Part shown: one piece after another, positions 1 through 13,169 of the stretch
Layout of the letters: each line of letters opens with the position of its first letter
How positions within the stretch are numbered: the first letter of the stretch is position 1
Assembly: GCA_021432655.1 (NCBI GenBank)
Contig: MU271191.1
Location: 62,001-126,000, forward strand
DNA: 64,000 nucleotides
Origin: Atractiella rhizophila
Lineage: Eukaryota
Reading direction: 5' to 3'
Position numbers and translations under genes: made by a program
Notes under the pieces: model-generated
Database searches by the model: none
What the model saw: the letters and a program-made list of their open reading frames with translations, nothing else
Told to the model about the DNA's origin: nothing

Positions 1-620
1 ACAGCCTATGGTTGACACAATGGCACCCCAAAAGGAATTAAAACGACACTGAAGGAACGTGGGCTTTGGATTGATGGTCTGAGAGGTTACTGCAAGAAAA
101 TGGTGGAGCATCGTGACCACACCAAGTGTTGTACCCATAAGTAATCTCAATCTTTCCTTCTTTTTGTGTATTGCTAACTGAAAGATAAAGCGGTGGATGG
201 CAGCTCAACCAGATTTTCAAGCTCAAAAAAGTGCTGTAATTGAAGCAGTAGAAGCTACTGGTCATTATGAGATCATGCTTCCAAAATTTCATTGCGAGAT
301 CAATTACATTGAGTTTTTTTAGGGGTCGGATAAAGTACTATTGCCATGGTAAGTCTTCCGCCATTTGAGCTGCTGTCAATAATGATTTGTTAGAGAACTG
401 TGATTATACATTTGAAGGACTGAAGAGGACCATTCCTGCAGCATTGAAGTTTGTCAAGCTGTCCACAATATGGAAGTTTGAACAAAGGACCATGAGATGG
501 GTACAAGCATACTTGGAGGGGAATGTGGTTGATGCATCTTATGGCATTAAACAGTACTCTTCTCATGGTAGGGTCCCCGAAAAGGCAGCAAGTAGGGATG
601 ATTATTATTTTGCAGATTAA
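1..620 (+). pseudogene. Tc1/IS630-like (DDE_3) transposase, C-terminal remnant running off the window start
   Basis: Translates to PKGIKTTLKERGLW ... QPDFQAQK ... GHYEIMLPKFHCEINYIEFF* ... ENCDYTFEGLKRTIPAAL ... RWVQAY, the typical C-terminus of fungal Tc1-like DDE transposases. Contains an in-frame stop and probable GT-AG introns. Confidence 0.8.
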
Positions 621-963
621 TTGGAATAATGATTTATAACAATGATGAAAGACTTATAGTACATTTTGGCCAGTCCATCCTCACTTTTCTTGACTCAAAA
701 TTCATCACATTTGACAAGAAAAAAATGGCAAGAAAATTTTGGACCTCCTTAGCACTATGAGTCATGCTGAGTCTTTTAGGTTGGACTAGACTAGATGTCC
801 AGCACCAGAGCTCTGGGAACCGAGGCGCACAAGGGAACGCCATTACTACTATTATAGGCGGACATCGAGGATTTCATTCCCCATACAATCTAATGTGAGG
901 AAGATGAAAGATTGAGACGAGCGAGACACTCTTAGCAGGCATGGCATATGACAGCGCTAACAG

Positions 964-1236
964 TCAGCGCCGAGCACGAGGGCTGGCATGATCTTGATCA
1001 TGGACAAAATATAGATCGGTCGAACGATGGAACGAATGAAGTGCAAAAGCCTTCAAGACCTGGCAGTCATCGATCAGAATCGGAGGGTCAAGAGGCGCGG
1101 AATAATCAGGGGTTCGTCGGTCGGTAATTTTAGGCATTATCACCGATTGATGTGGCTCATCACCCTTCCAAGTCTTCCATTCAAATTCGGAAACATGTAT
1201 TGTCATCAATGATCGGGGCAATATTGACTTCTTCAA
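964..1236 (-). pseudogene. Possible degenerate LINE reverse transcriptase fragment
   Basis: WK..SVIMPK...PDYSAPL..PILI loosely resembles the LINE RT motif WK...IPK....DYS....YRPI.L. Heavily decayed. Confidence 0.35.
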
Positions 1237-4200
1237 GGCAGACTCTTATTTGAGCATTCGGGAAAACTTTGCGAACAAATTGAACGCGTGCGCGTGTGAT
1301 CGCTGACGACGTCCGTCCTGTCTTTCACCAAAGTTGAAACATTGAGACGACTCACCGTGAACGAGTATAAAAAGGGCAACTGTCACAGAGTTCTCACCTA
1401 TTTCTCCTCTCCTTGGCTTGACCAGTATTTCTATCCCTCGATTCAACACAGGATAACTTAACACTCGGAAATGTCACCTACAAGGCGAAGAAGAGCTAAA
1501 TCGAGGTTGGTCTTCTAACCTTAATACGGATACGAAACTGAACAGTTATCGACAGTTGCGTGGTATGATTCTGATTGGTAAATTTTGGAATGGTGACCAA
1601 GAAATTTCCAGCCATACCCCAAAAGAAAGATTCGGTGTGCTAAGGTAAAAAATACTTGCTTGTAGTAGCCGTGATAAAGACTGATCAATTTGTAGAAACT
1701 ACCGCGCCACACCTGTTCGATGTGAGTGAGGCGATTTTACGGCAAGTTTTGAGCCTGAGCGGACGCTGCAGGCGTGCTGCCTGCGAGGAGTCTCACCAAA
1801 GAGCACAAGGCGGTGTACGTTTCTTGACGGTTTAGTAGACTTCGGGTAATTCTAAATACGTTGCAAGTTGAACCACAATCTATTCGATGATGACTCGGCA
1901 CGACGACGTATGTCGATCTTTCTTTCATGATTTGTCTGAAACTGTGCTAGTGGTCGTTTTGGAGCAGCAGGTTCATCGTTTGCGAGAAGAGCAAGCAAGA
2001 CTCACTCATCTGCTTGCGATCGTACACAAGGCTGCGAACACACCCGTCATCCAAGGTGTAGGGATCCCAGTTCACCTGATCACTCGCCAATACCGCCTAG
2101 TTGCCTCCGCCGGCAGTTTAGGTTTCCTTCCTAGTCAGATCATGGTGCCAAGACGTTGGGGATCCAGCACTGTACATTACTTCCGCCTGGCACCGTTCGC
2201 TTAGCCTTATGAACGAACGACATTCTACAACAGTCACAGTTTGCCCGCCAGTAGATCCACAGGAGCCTAAAAAGCGGCTGAAACCATGCGTATGAGTTCC
2301 TGTAAATACATAGCTTAACAAGCTACGACACAGATCTCCATTGAAAGGAGAACAGATGCACCAACGACCTGGTAAATAACTGTGAAGGAAAATTGAGAAG
2401 AAAATGGCTCCCAAGAAGCTACAAAGTTAGTACTTAGCTGGATGCAAAGCAAGGCCTACAAGCCAAATAATCGTCTGAACAATTAGCACCAATCGTCGGT
2501 GTGACCAATTATGGAGCTTTTGTGGTTAATGAGGCCATGAAGCGCTTCGCCGAACTCAAAGCCACTCAAACACGGACCCTCCCTCTCCTTCTTCAACTTT
2601 CCTCCTCTTCTTCCTCCGCCTAATCCACTTTTAGCTGGAATGAATGACAGCATCCAGGCAAGAATTGACACTGGAGATGCCAGTTGTGGTAAATACAAGG
2701 TGAAGAACCAACAGGAGGTTTTCCAGGAACTGCTCCTGTTTTTCACGTACTGGGAATCTGGGTTTCCAGGGGGCTGTGGTGGTAAACAGTACTTACTTTG
2801 GAGGTCAACGATCGCAAGGCTGCGGTGTGGAGCAACCCCGAGAAATATTAGTTCGAGAAAGGCGCAAAGACAGATGGAGGATAAGGAGGAGGCTTCTGAT
2901 GAGGATGAGTGATGAAACAAACAAGTTGATGCCATTCGATTACATATGAAAGGTACTTCTGAACATGTGAATCGACCAGGGAAGTTTCTACATTGGAACT
3001 TCTCTCGAGTCTGAATATGAAGATGGAGGACTAGAAAATGCTTTGAAGTGAAGCACTGAATTGGGGAGTCCAGGATTGGCGTTACAACGTCAACGGCTCG
3101 AGCCAGTCGTTATCACAATGCGTGGAGGAATCATAAGTTCTACAACAAGCCTACGCTACGAATGCGTACGAAGACTCTAACAGTAGCTATTTTGTTTATT
3201 GGTAGGTGTAACCGCCAGCTTGCCAGTTGGAAATTGTCTCCTGCTGGCGAATAACCGGATTGATTTTGAGGGTTTTGAGGATCACCATGTATTCTGCCTT
3301 CTTCCTGAGTTGACGAGGGGAAGGTTATGAATGAAAAAATGTACGTCTGGTAGGGAGCGTACTGTTTGTGCTCCGCTGGGTCTGCAAAGAGATATGGTCT
3401 AATGTCTGGATCCGAGTCCCACGGCGGCTCTGAATATTGAGTGCTTGAAGAAGACGACGAGGACGCTGGAGTGTACTGTATGACAGCTGGAGGATAAGCT
3501 GGAGGGTATTTTTCAGAAGAGGGATGGTGACACATTAAAGAAGGGTATGTAGGGGCCATTTGTTCTGAAGCGCCACCAGGGACGTATATATAGAAGGTGC
3601 TGGCCAGGTGCGTCCTTAAACAGAAGGTTGCAGTTTTAAGAAGCAACGGGCTCCAGAGGGCCAGTCTCGCCTCAGGGCCATGGATTGATGTTGCAGGAAC
3701 CATCCTGGTCTGGTTCGACGGAGTCGCACCACGTCCAGCCCAACTGACCAGGGGCCGGGTGAAGAAACGCAATATTGGCTCGTCACGCTAGCTTCATCCA
3801 AGCATGCGAGCAAAAAGGCTTCCGTCTCAGAAAGCCGTCACACCTTGTCGTGTGGCCAGGTCTACTTGACCCTTGATTGCGGTGTCTTATCAGAGCTTTG
3901 TTGAAGCAACCTGCGATATTCAGGACAAGTTCGATGGGAAGAGTGCGGATGAACGCCATCTGTTTACCGTTAGCAGGCCTGGAGCCAATGGAGCCAACGA
4001 AACAGGGGCGGTAAGGAGGTGTGGAGAAACTTGAATGCTTTTCCGAGATTTTCAAGCATCTGTATCCTGCAGTCGGTGGGAGTTTGTCCTGCATAAAGAG
4101 GCGACTACCACAGCCCGTCCAACAGGAGGACATTTATCCAAAAAGTTGATAACCATTCATGTCCACTGGCATTCATCCAGAGTACGTGTTACGAATGACT

Positions 4201-4629
4201 GTTCGTGACGATGACTGTTTGATCTGGGGTATGGAAAAATATCCGCCTTGATCCATCGTTTCTTCCAAATGACGGAGGAATCCCATATTATCCAACGGGA
4301 ATCACCGTTTGACCAGACTATTCCGTCGCCTTCCCAAGGAATAAGGCCTGTTGGTGATTGACGCCTCATTGTTCTCTGACATGCTCATTTGATGGGATGG
4401 CGGGATCTTTGGTTGGATGAGAATCGATTGGTAAAGTTCCGAGTGTGCGGAGGGCTGCGAGAAGAGGAGCATGGTCTTCGCACTTGCGCGAATAGTTTTT
4501 AAAATTGAAAAACACAAAGCTGAATAATAGAGCAGGGCAACGTCGGATGCAAGAAGATCAAGTGAAAACGCAGCGGGCCTTCCGCTTCTTCAACCTGCTC
4601 TGTGAATTCATATCCAGTTCCGAATCCAT

Positions 4630-5862
4630 GATTTGGCGGACAATACACTCAAAAACAGCAGAGGCCTTCGACTCCCAATCTTGTTGATGTCTCATAATAC
4701 CGAACTCCGCCTCAAAACACCGAAAGAGAGGCTCCAACCTCACATTATGAGGTCACACTTGTTACAAATCAGGACGAAAGGAACGTTTTCCTGCAAAGAA
4801 AATAAAGGTGTCAGCTGCAATTCTAATAAACAGTTATCCAAGTCGTTGCTGCATCCTTCTGCCGTACAATATTGTCTCGCATTGGAGGCTGACCATCACC
4901 CGCAATTCATTCACAGGTTCCTTCTAGAATAAATAAAGTATGGGAGGCTTTGAGCCATGCCTTCTTCAACCTCCATCTATCCAGACCAAGATACAATCAC
5001 ACCATTCATCTCACAAGACTGGAGGATTGAAACTACCCGCCGAAAAGCTATCTGCAGTCCTCGACCACCCAATCCGCCAACAAACCAGGGTAGTAGGGGT
5101 GCCGTTCAGCCTCTCCTCTCTTCGATACAGCGCTAGCGGTATAAGAGGGATGCGCCGGGAAGCAATGCCACACAAGAGCAGACCACAAATCTTTGGGACG
5201 AATCCTCCTCAGTCGTCATACGTACGCTGCGCTGGCATCACTTCCAGACCAACGTGCGCCGTCATCACGCCGTTGAGGACAAGGCACTTGGGTTTCGAGA
5301 TTACCTTTCAGGAGGCGCGTTATATGAACAGTGCGGGGAGGGAGAGCCGGATACTGCCGAGCACTTCCTCCTCACATGTCCTGCTTTCATAAATCAGAGG
5401 GTGGCGACCAGAAAGGCGCTCAGGAAGAAGAATTTGAAGTGCGCAAAATTGGAGGCTTTCTTGAGGAGGACAGGATGCGTGCAGTTGTCTACTGAAAGCA
5501 ACATGCAGTTGATTCGCAAGTGGGGAAGGTGAGGAGGCTAGAGAAGAACAAGGCGGAGAGGTCAGGAAGGAATGGAGGGGAATAACCGAGGAAGATGGAG
5601 AAGGAGACGTGGGGTACAGTCTGAGAGGCAGGTTTGCAGAATCCTCTCAGTTTCCAATGTGTCAGTTTATTAGGTGTTTTGTCTCGTTTCTCGTGTAGAG
5701 CATCCTTGCCCTCCCACGTTTAAGCCACAGTTAGAGAGGTCTAAAACACGGCGATACCTGAGTGGCATGTTTTCTGTTCTAGATGGAGGAGCGTTGTTGG
5801 TCATAGAGGAGAGCCTCATACATAAAAAATGGCTCTAGAAATGATATTAAAAATAAATAAAA
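4630..5862 (+). mobile_element. Tad1-like LINE, 3' fragment (ORF2 C-terminus, 3'UTR, A-rich tail)
   Basis: ORF 5254-5532 contains C.E.EPDTAEHFLLTCPAF...R, the C-terminal CCHC-type knuckle of LINE ORF2. Followed by an A-rich end (TTAAAAATAAATAAAA) near 5862. Left boundary approximate. Confidence 0.6.
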
Positions 5863-6199
5863 TTTCTCTCCCTTCTTGCTTGCTCCTCTTCCTTCACGAG
5901 GAGAGCTTTCGTTGATGGTCGAATTCGAAGTCACCATCCTGTCGTTGAAGTGGCGGCAGCGGTCTCCGGTCTTCGCGTAGAGCCGTCCATATCATCCTAT
6001 CGTCGACGTCTTCTGGGACATACCCTTCTCCTAGTACCCTGCCTCCACTCTCTTCCACTCTCATCCACTCCTTATAATCCACCTCCAGCCCGTACTTCTT
6101 GAGCCTATTACGACTGTGGATACCGCACTCTTCAGCTCTGATAGCTCCTTCTTCCACCACCTCTTCGCAAAGCTCGGCGGTGAGGAAATAGGTAGGTAA

Positions 6200-7210
6200 G
6201 AGCTTTGAGGCGGTACCAAGAAAAGATGGAGACTCAAGAACACGAATGTTGGCGGAACTTCCTCTCCAACGTCAATCGGAACAACTTCTGGACAGCAGCG
6301 ACAATCGCGAAAGGGAACTCTGGATCGGATTTCATTCATCCACTCGTCCACAACAACACAACATCCTTCGAGAATTCCGACAAAGCTTATCTCCTCCATC
6401 ACGCTTTCAACGCACTTCATCCCAACCTAACCCTCTCGAACATTGCTTCCGGCAGCGCATCCCCCTCCTCGTCTCACTATGATTCAGTCTCGGATTCGAT
6501 CGACTTCGGTAGTATCTCAACTGAGGAGCTCGTCGTAGCACACACGCAGGAAATCCGCACCTGAATCGATGGAGGTTCCTACCGTGTTCTCAAGGAGTTT
6601 TGGCAGATTATCAGACATCCTCTCCACACAATCACTGCCCCTGCCTACGGGGTTGGGACTATCCAAAGAAGTGGAAACACTTCAATACCATCATCTAACG
6701 GACACCCAAACGCGGGTAGACTATTCCGTTCCGAAAGCCTACCGTCCCTTCAATGTTCACAAAGGTCTACGATGGTGTCTCGCCGGCAAACTCTCCTTTT
6801 CCAACAGATTCTCCCTCCTTCTGGATCATCATTTTGGTGGTAGACCAGGACGTAGCTCATCTGATGTGCTGACATATGCCACTAGCTTCATTTTCGACGC
6901 ATGGAGGACAAACATGCAGTGGGGGTGGCTTTTCTTGAGGTGAAGGAAGTGTTCCTTCAGTTATCCACTCTCGTCTGGTTGATAACCCGAAGAAGGCAAG
7001 AGTGGACCCAAAGGTCTTGAGAATCGCGGGAGATTGGCTGAGGGGGTAGATCAACAAGCTACATCTTCGACGACTTCACGTCAGATCCATCTTTTTCATC
7101 CATCCTTTTCCTTGTCAACGATGCCAACTTACTTCGAATTCTAGGTTTCAAACTAACCACGGGAACAGGATGTATAGATGACATCTCCTTTTTTGCCAAC
7201 GAAAGACGAT
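6200..7210 (+). pseudogene. Tad1-like LINE ORF2 reverse transcriptase fragment, frameshifted
   Basis: WRNFLSNVNRNNFWTAA, KSAP.IDG, DYSVPKAYRP, HFGGRPGRSSSD, FDDFTSD and CIDDISF (YxDD box) motifs found across frames. Confidence 0.85.
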
Positions 7211-7795
7211 CCTAAGGTCTTTCTCGAATTTTTGAGAGAAACTGCACGTTTTCAGAATTACTTCAGTGATCTATTTCCTTAAAATACTTCAGCATTCAGC
7301 CCTCATTTCACTACATATTCACCTTTCTTATTTTCTCTCTTAGAGTCACCTTTTGATTAGATCTTTGTCCGCAATTCCTGCACCCATTATCTGCTTATCC
7401 CTATTATACTCTTTGGGTTGCAGAGCTGTATAGTCTTGTACTCAATAAGTTAGCTTGTTAATTGACTCAACAACAACATCGTGCTTTTACTGTAGGATAT
7501 CTGCTCAAATTTTCCGGGAAAGTTTGCCACATTCTGCAGTAGGTTACACTCACAAATAATGTTGTTGCAGGTTGTGATAATAGGCTCGTTCAGTCTTGAT
7601 GTCAGCGTGCAACACCTGCTCCGGATAGTTCACCAAGCCATTGATGGATCTCTTGGAATCCAAGGCTATACCTCCAAACACTTCCGACTTGGTGCTATGC
7701 TACTTCGAATTGGTGGCGCACGGCTTGTGTACACATTTCACAAAGCCAGTGGCCTTCCCTCCCTCGGTGCCATCCACCGGTTTGTCGGTCACATA

Positions 7796-10700
7796 TAGGG
7801 ATGGCTGTCGTCCCGGCATTTCCGGCTAGACGGTGTCCGGTACCGAGACCGGACACCGTCCGTCCACACAGACGAAAGACGACGAGGTGGACGATGATGA
7901 GGAGGAGGCGTGCACCGTCCCGTCCGCCCCAGAATAACGTGGACGACGGCCTCCGGTAGGACGGTTTGGTTGGATAGAGCGATTTTGCAGTGGAGCTCGG
8001 GCTGCTTGCTGGTGGGTGCAGAAGGTATGTAGCCTTTCCTGCCTAAGTTCTCGGGTGAGTTTGAGATCGAGTCGCGCTGGCAGCCCTTGCTACACCTTAT
8101 TCAGAGTGTGAAGAAGCCCCGCTCTGTGTCTCAGAAGGTTGGGAATCCACCTGGTTCTCACTTGTTTGTGCCTGCCCATGCTAGTTTCAGGTTTGTTTCA
8201 TTATGTGAGCACTTTTCTTTCACTGATCCAAGATATTGAAATGCTGATCATGCCCTTTAGATGTATCAACAATGTAAATGCTGCAATTCTACCCAAACCT
8301 CGTCTGAGCACTCTTTCCTCATAAAAGCTGCCTCTCCTTCCTTATTCCCTTGTCAACAACCACCTCATATTTGTTCCTTGATCGAAGTTGTCATAAAATG
8401 GCCGAACCCACCACCAGATCATCACGGCAGCGAACCCTCATTGATATGGTGAAGAAGAATAACGAGGATAACACAGCTCTCAGTGACAAACTCAAAAGGA
8501 AGGAGCAAAAGGCGGAGTGAGGATCTTTTGCACTTCATTAGATACACCAATACTAATCTGATTGGCGAGACAGGCTGTCTAACATTCCTGGCTACGAGCA
8601 TCTCCAGCTTCTCTTAAGTGCCTCTCACAACATGGAAAAGCACAATGACTATGTACGTCCGTCCTTGCTTTTTGCCGCCGTACATTCCTTCATTTTCTCT
8701 GGATAACGTACGGGGCTAACTACAAAGGCGGGTATCAGGTCAATGCGCCACTTTTTAATAAGGCGACATCACTTCTTCATGACCTTGAATCCACAGCAGA
8801 AGACAATGAAGACCCATTCCACTCGGCATTCTCCGGTTGGCGACCTACAGTGGCTGATACCGGTCTTCAGCAGGGCATCAAAGCCCTTCGTACTCTGTGG
8901 GATGCTCTGCTAAAGCTGAATGCCTCGCAGGCAGTCCCCAAAGTCTTGCTCGATGCACGGAAGGGTTATGTGTGCTCTGCTGCCCAGCACATTCATGCAG
9001 CTTTGGCTGCGGAAGGTCTGGTTAACCACGTCGGAGAAGACACAGTCTATCAGGATGAATCTGAAGACTCTGATGTTGTCATGCTAGACCTTGAAGCGGA
9101 ACCCCAGGCAAAAGAGATTGACAATGACGAAGTGGCAGACAATCTTCAAAAGAAGCAGAGGCCAAAGCGGAGAAACAAGAGGCAAAAGGTATGTCCTCAT
9201 CGTACTTAGTTCCCTCGCCCTCACTTAGATCCATATAGGTTACTAGAGGTGTAGAGCAAGGGTCGGATGGAGAAAGGGTTGTTGCCACTTCCTCGCTCAA
9301 AGCAACAGTGCGGGAAGAGTTGGTGGTGATGGATTCGGTATGTTGAATGTTCATCTCTGATTCATCCCTTCTTTCTGGCTCGTCGTGACGATGTGTTTCG
9401 ATGCCAGCCGATAATTTCTCGATCATTGATCCTCTATTTTTACGAGCAGACAACAGTCAAGCGTGCAAGCGCCGCAGTTCGAGCTCGACATCAAGAGGGT
9501 GACAGGTATTATCAATGTAACCATTGCACACATATTGTCCGTGTCTCCAAAGCGAGCAATTCTAACTACAAAGGGCTTGTCAAACATTTTAACAATCTCT
9601 CCGCCCATCAGAAATCTGTGGTGCAGTTTTATGGTCTTCTGAAGACCAAGAAGGACAATGACCTGGAGATTACACAAGAGGACCTTGACAAGGCAGCCGG
9701 AAGAACCAAGGTCTGTCACCTGTTTGACGTAGTGTTTGGCTATAACTACTGAGCTGCCTCCTCCGAATAGATCACAGATTTAGACGGCAAAACTGCTCAC
9801 ATGCAATCTGAGCACGTCGATAATATCTTACAGCGCTTAGAACAGCAGTATGGGTCTCAGGTTTGTCTTTCGTCTGCACTAGGTGCTCCATGTCCTTGAC
9901 ATGTGATTACAGCAGTTTGACCAACGGGTCTTTGACAACCTCCTTCAAAAATTTATCGTATCAGCGGACCAACCTTTCTCCTTGACGGAAAATCCCGAGT
10001 TCATAGAGTTGATCTGCTATGTGCACTGGACTCGGTCAACCCTGAAAAATGTTGTGACAAGTGCCAACGGTACTCAAGATGCCACTGCTTCTGTGGACCA
10101 GAAGGGTATCAAGGGTACAAAGCTTGAGTTTCCAAGCCGAAAGGTTATGAAGGAGAGAATCATGAAGATGTCGGAGCAGAAGTTTAATGAACTTGGAAAA
10201 AGTTTGCGTGTAAGTCGGTTCATTGCTCTTGCTACATGTTCAGTTAATGGTGTGGTGTAGCGTATAGAAACGAAAGTTCACTTGTCCTTGGATGCCTGGA
10301 CATCAACCCCTTCATACTACTCCTTCCTTGCCATTGTCGGCCATTTTATCAATGATGATTGGGAACTGGAAGAGATTTGCCTTGACTTCTCAGAGCTCAT
10401 AGGTAGCCACACTGGGGATAACATGGCAGATGTTGTTATGAAGTGCTTGGATCGCTATCATATTGCGCCCATGGTTTGTTCCTTCCCCTTGATTTCTGTG
10501 CTCTGTAGTTGCTGAACTTGCTTCCGCACTATAGCTCGGGATTCTGATGGCAGATGGTGCAAGTAACAACAACACCCTTGCAGAGAGCATTGCAAGTCGT
10601 CTTGCCAGGAGGGGCATCCACTTCAGCGCATACGAACGTCATCTCAATTGCATGCCACATATCATTCACCTTGCAGCCATCGCCCTTCTCGAAGCCCTTG

Positions 10701-12406
10701 ATGTCTGGCCAAAGGAGACAAAGAGTCCTGGCGTTAATTATCAAGAGTGTGTCACAGCCACACCAGAGGAAGGGGATGCGAGTCGGCTAGATGAGGAAGA
10801 GTTAAATAGAGAGTCGGACGATGCTGTTGTGGTGAAACTTGAAGGTGCTATCCCAAAGGTTCGTGCTCTTCCTCACGGTCTTATCCAAAAAGTAATAGGG
10901 AATGTACATATCTAGCTCAGAGCAATCATCAAGCACCTACGTAGCTCCTCACAACGACGGAAGAGTTGGCTGCAGCTACTGGAAGATGCCATCGAGAGCC
11001 TTGAGAACATGTGCGATAAGACAATGAGAATGTTGATTCTCGACGTGCGGACTCGGTGGGGGTCTACACATGACATGCTCGATCTGGCTCTTAGGTGTCG
11101 TGAAGCTTTGAAGGCTTATATGGATCGTCATGATCTTGAACCCCTGGTTTTGTCGGAAGAGGACTGGAATGGGATTGAACTGGTACGATCAGTTACTATT
11201 CTGCCATATTCATACTCTCTGTGGGTCTGATACTACGAAACTTGGAGCAGGCAACTAAGTGGCTTGAAGTTTTCCGGAATGCAACGTATGACATGTCTAT
11301 GACAAAGAATTCCTGCCTTTCACAAACTCTCGGTGTGTTCCATGGTCTGCTCCAACATCTCGAAGCCTCCATCAGGGAATTTCCTGTCTGCCTCGACACA
11401 AAATATCGTGGAGCACTTGTTGACGCTTACAATAAGCTTGCAACCTGGCACCTTAAATCAGATGCCTCTCCGTACCCTGTTTATTCTATATGTGAGTCCT
11501 CTGTTCTGCTAATAAATCTTGTTAATGCTGAAATATGCTTTGTTAGTCCTAGACCCACGGATGGGTATTAAATATTTTGAACTGCCAGTATTCTCTGATG
11601 CCGATCGGAAAGATGTTGAGAAGCACAAGGACAACTTTGCGGCCCTGTTCCGAAGAGAGTATTTCAAAGAGTCTGCTCTGTCGGTTGCAGCATCGGAGCC
11701 TCAAGATGAAGAACTAGGCCGAGCGAAAATGAAAAAGAGAAAGCGTATCAACCTGGCGGCCAACTTAATGAAGTCCCAAGGAATTACGGTTCAACCTCAA
11801 GACTTAGCGCAAAAAGAACTGGATTATCTTTTTCAACATGAACAGCTTGATTGGGCCGTCGATCCTCTTCTGTTCTGGAAAGAAGAATCACAAAAAAATC
11901 TTCCCAACCTTTCTCGCATGGCTCGGGATATCCTTTCCATGCCAGGCATGTAATTTCGCGTCACGTTTGGATGGATTGCTGATGTTGACTGTAGGGAGTG
12001 CTGTTGCAGTAGAGCGCCTCTTTTCTGGTGCCCGTGATACCATTGGGATACGAAGAGCTCGCTTAGATCCAGAGTCTATTCGAGCGCTGAGGTTTTTCAC
12101 TCAGGATGGACCGTGAGAAAAGGATTGCAGGACTGAGGCGGGAGATGGAGGAAGCATTGGAGACTTAGCAAGGAAGTTTAGCATGTCGCAACTTCGGATC
12201 TTGTTATTTACATATTTTAGCTCTCTTTCAATATACACTTGCACACTCGTTCTTCCACCGTCTCTTCGTCCTTGACCATCCCGTCCTTCAGGTCGCCCAA
12301 TCCCCCTTTCAGAGGGCGGTAGGGCGGGACGAGACGGAGACGACCAGATCATCGTCCCGTCCGTCGAAGCCTGAGCCTGCCACAAACGGGACGATAGCCA
12401 TCCCTA
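7796..12406 (+). mobile_element. hAT DNA transposon, family A, copy 1 (4.6 kb)
   Basis: TIRs TAGGGATGGCTGTCGTCCCG (7796) and CGGGACGATAGCCATCCCTA (ends 12406), 19/20 match. Subterminal GACGG/CCGTC repeats and an internal hAT transposase. Flanks GTCACATA and GGGGGGAT do not form a TSD. Confidence 0.95.
8398..12180 (+). pseudogene. Multi-exon hAT transposase, near intact, with a small C-terminal frameshift
   Basis: BED-like finger YQCNHC...VKHF..LSAH; catalytic LSLDAWTS and MADGASNN; CMPHIIHL (CxxH); TRWGST; dimerisation domain DPLLFWK...LSRMARDILSMP and AVERLFS. Many short GT-AG introns. A short deletion near 12090 relative to copy 2 shifts the last exon. Confidence 0.9.
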
Positions 12407-12721
12407 GGGGGGATAGGCAGATTTGGTGATAAAGGTAAGAATCAGCCTGCTTCATGGCAACTGTTGACCAGGGAGTATAGAATATCAGATTAAGCCTGTG
12501 TCCATTAGCTAATGTGCATGAAAGGTAGTACATTAGAATCTGGTCTTCAGACCATCATAACGGAGGAGACAGCAACTCATGACTTCCTGGAGGCTCGATT
12601 CGGAAGCTACGCCCACCTCCTTGCTTACTGTGGTGATGGAGACAGCAAGTGATGGAAAGAGTTTGGGATCTATTTGCAAAGGAGAAGATGCATTGCATCT
12701 TTCCTCGGCTTTATAGAACCA

Positions 12722-12795
12722 CAAGTGTGTTAACGGCCTTCGTCCCTTAGGCCCCCCACCCACTTGCAAGGGGCATGGCCCCTTGAACCCTACTG
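12722..12795 (-). mobile_element. Orphan Helitron 3' terminus
   Basis: Plus strand A|CAAGTGTGTTAACGGCCTTCGTCCCTTAGGCCCCCC...AAGGGGCATGGCCCCTTGAACCC aligns to the 59207 Helitron end A|CAAGTGTGTCAGTGCCCTCGTCCCTCGGGCATCCCCCC...AGGGGCTTCGCCCCTTGGACCC. Reads CTTG|T on the minus strand. Confidence 0.7.
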
Positions 12796-13169
12796 TGACT
12801 GTTGTCAGGGTTCGAGTCCAGTACAAAACACATTTTTCAACCATTTCAGAATAAAATTTCCTTGTAGGTTTAGAAAGGGGCAAGCATATGGGATATGATG
12901 GTATAGTATATTTCATTCTATTGTGTATGGTGAGGGAGGTGTGAGGGCTCAAAAGTGCGTCTTATGACTCATGCCAAGAACTGATGAATCTTAGAGTATA
13001 GGATACGTGACGACCTTCCTCTTTTCGATTATCTGACCTCCGCAAGTGGCATCCTCCCTGTTTTTGATGTGAAACATCTCTGGAAGCGATTCGCAACAGC
13101 TCTGTGGCAAAAAGGAGGCATCACAATTGGCCATGTGTCCGATGGATGCCAACTAATAATCAATAAGGA

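Noticed and set aside
2483..4400. Several ORFs up to 210 aa
   Set aside because: No recognisable motifs; cannot be supported as genes without searches or expression data.
12943..12975. GGGCTCAAAAGT...ATGA(C/G)TCATG similarity to about 38420-38450
   Set aside because: Short, and in inconsistent positions relative to the Helitron ends; may be chance.
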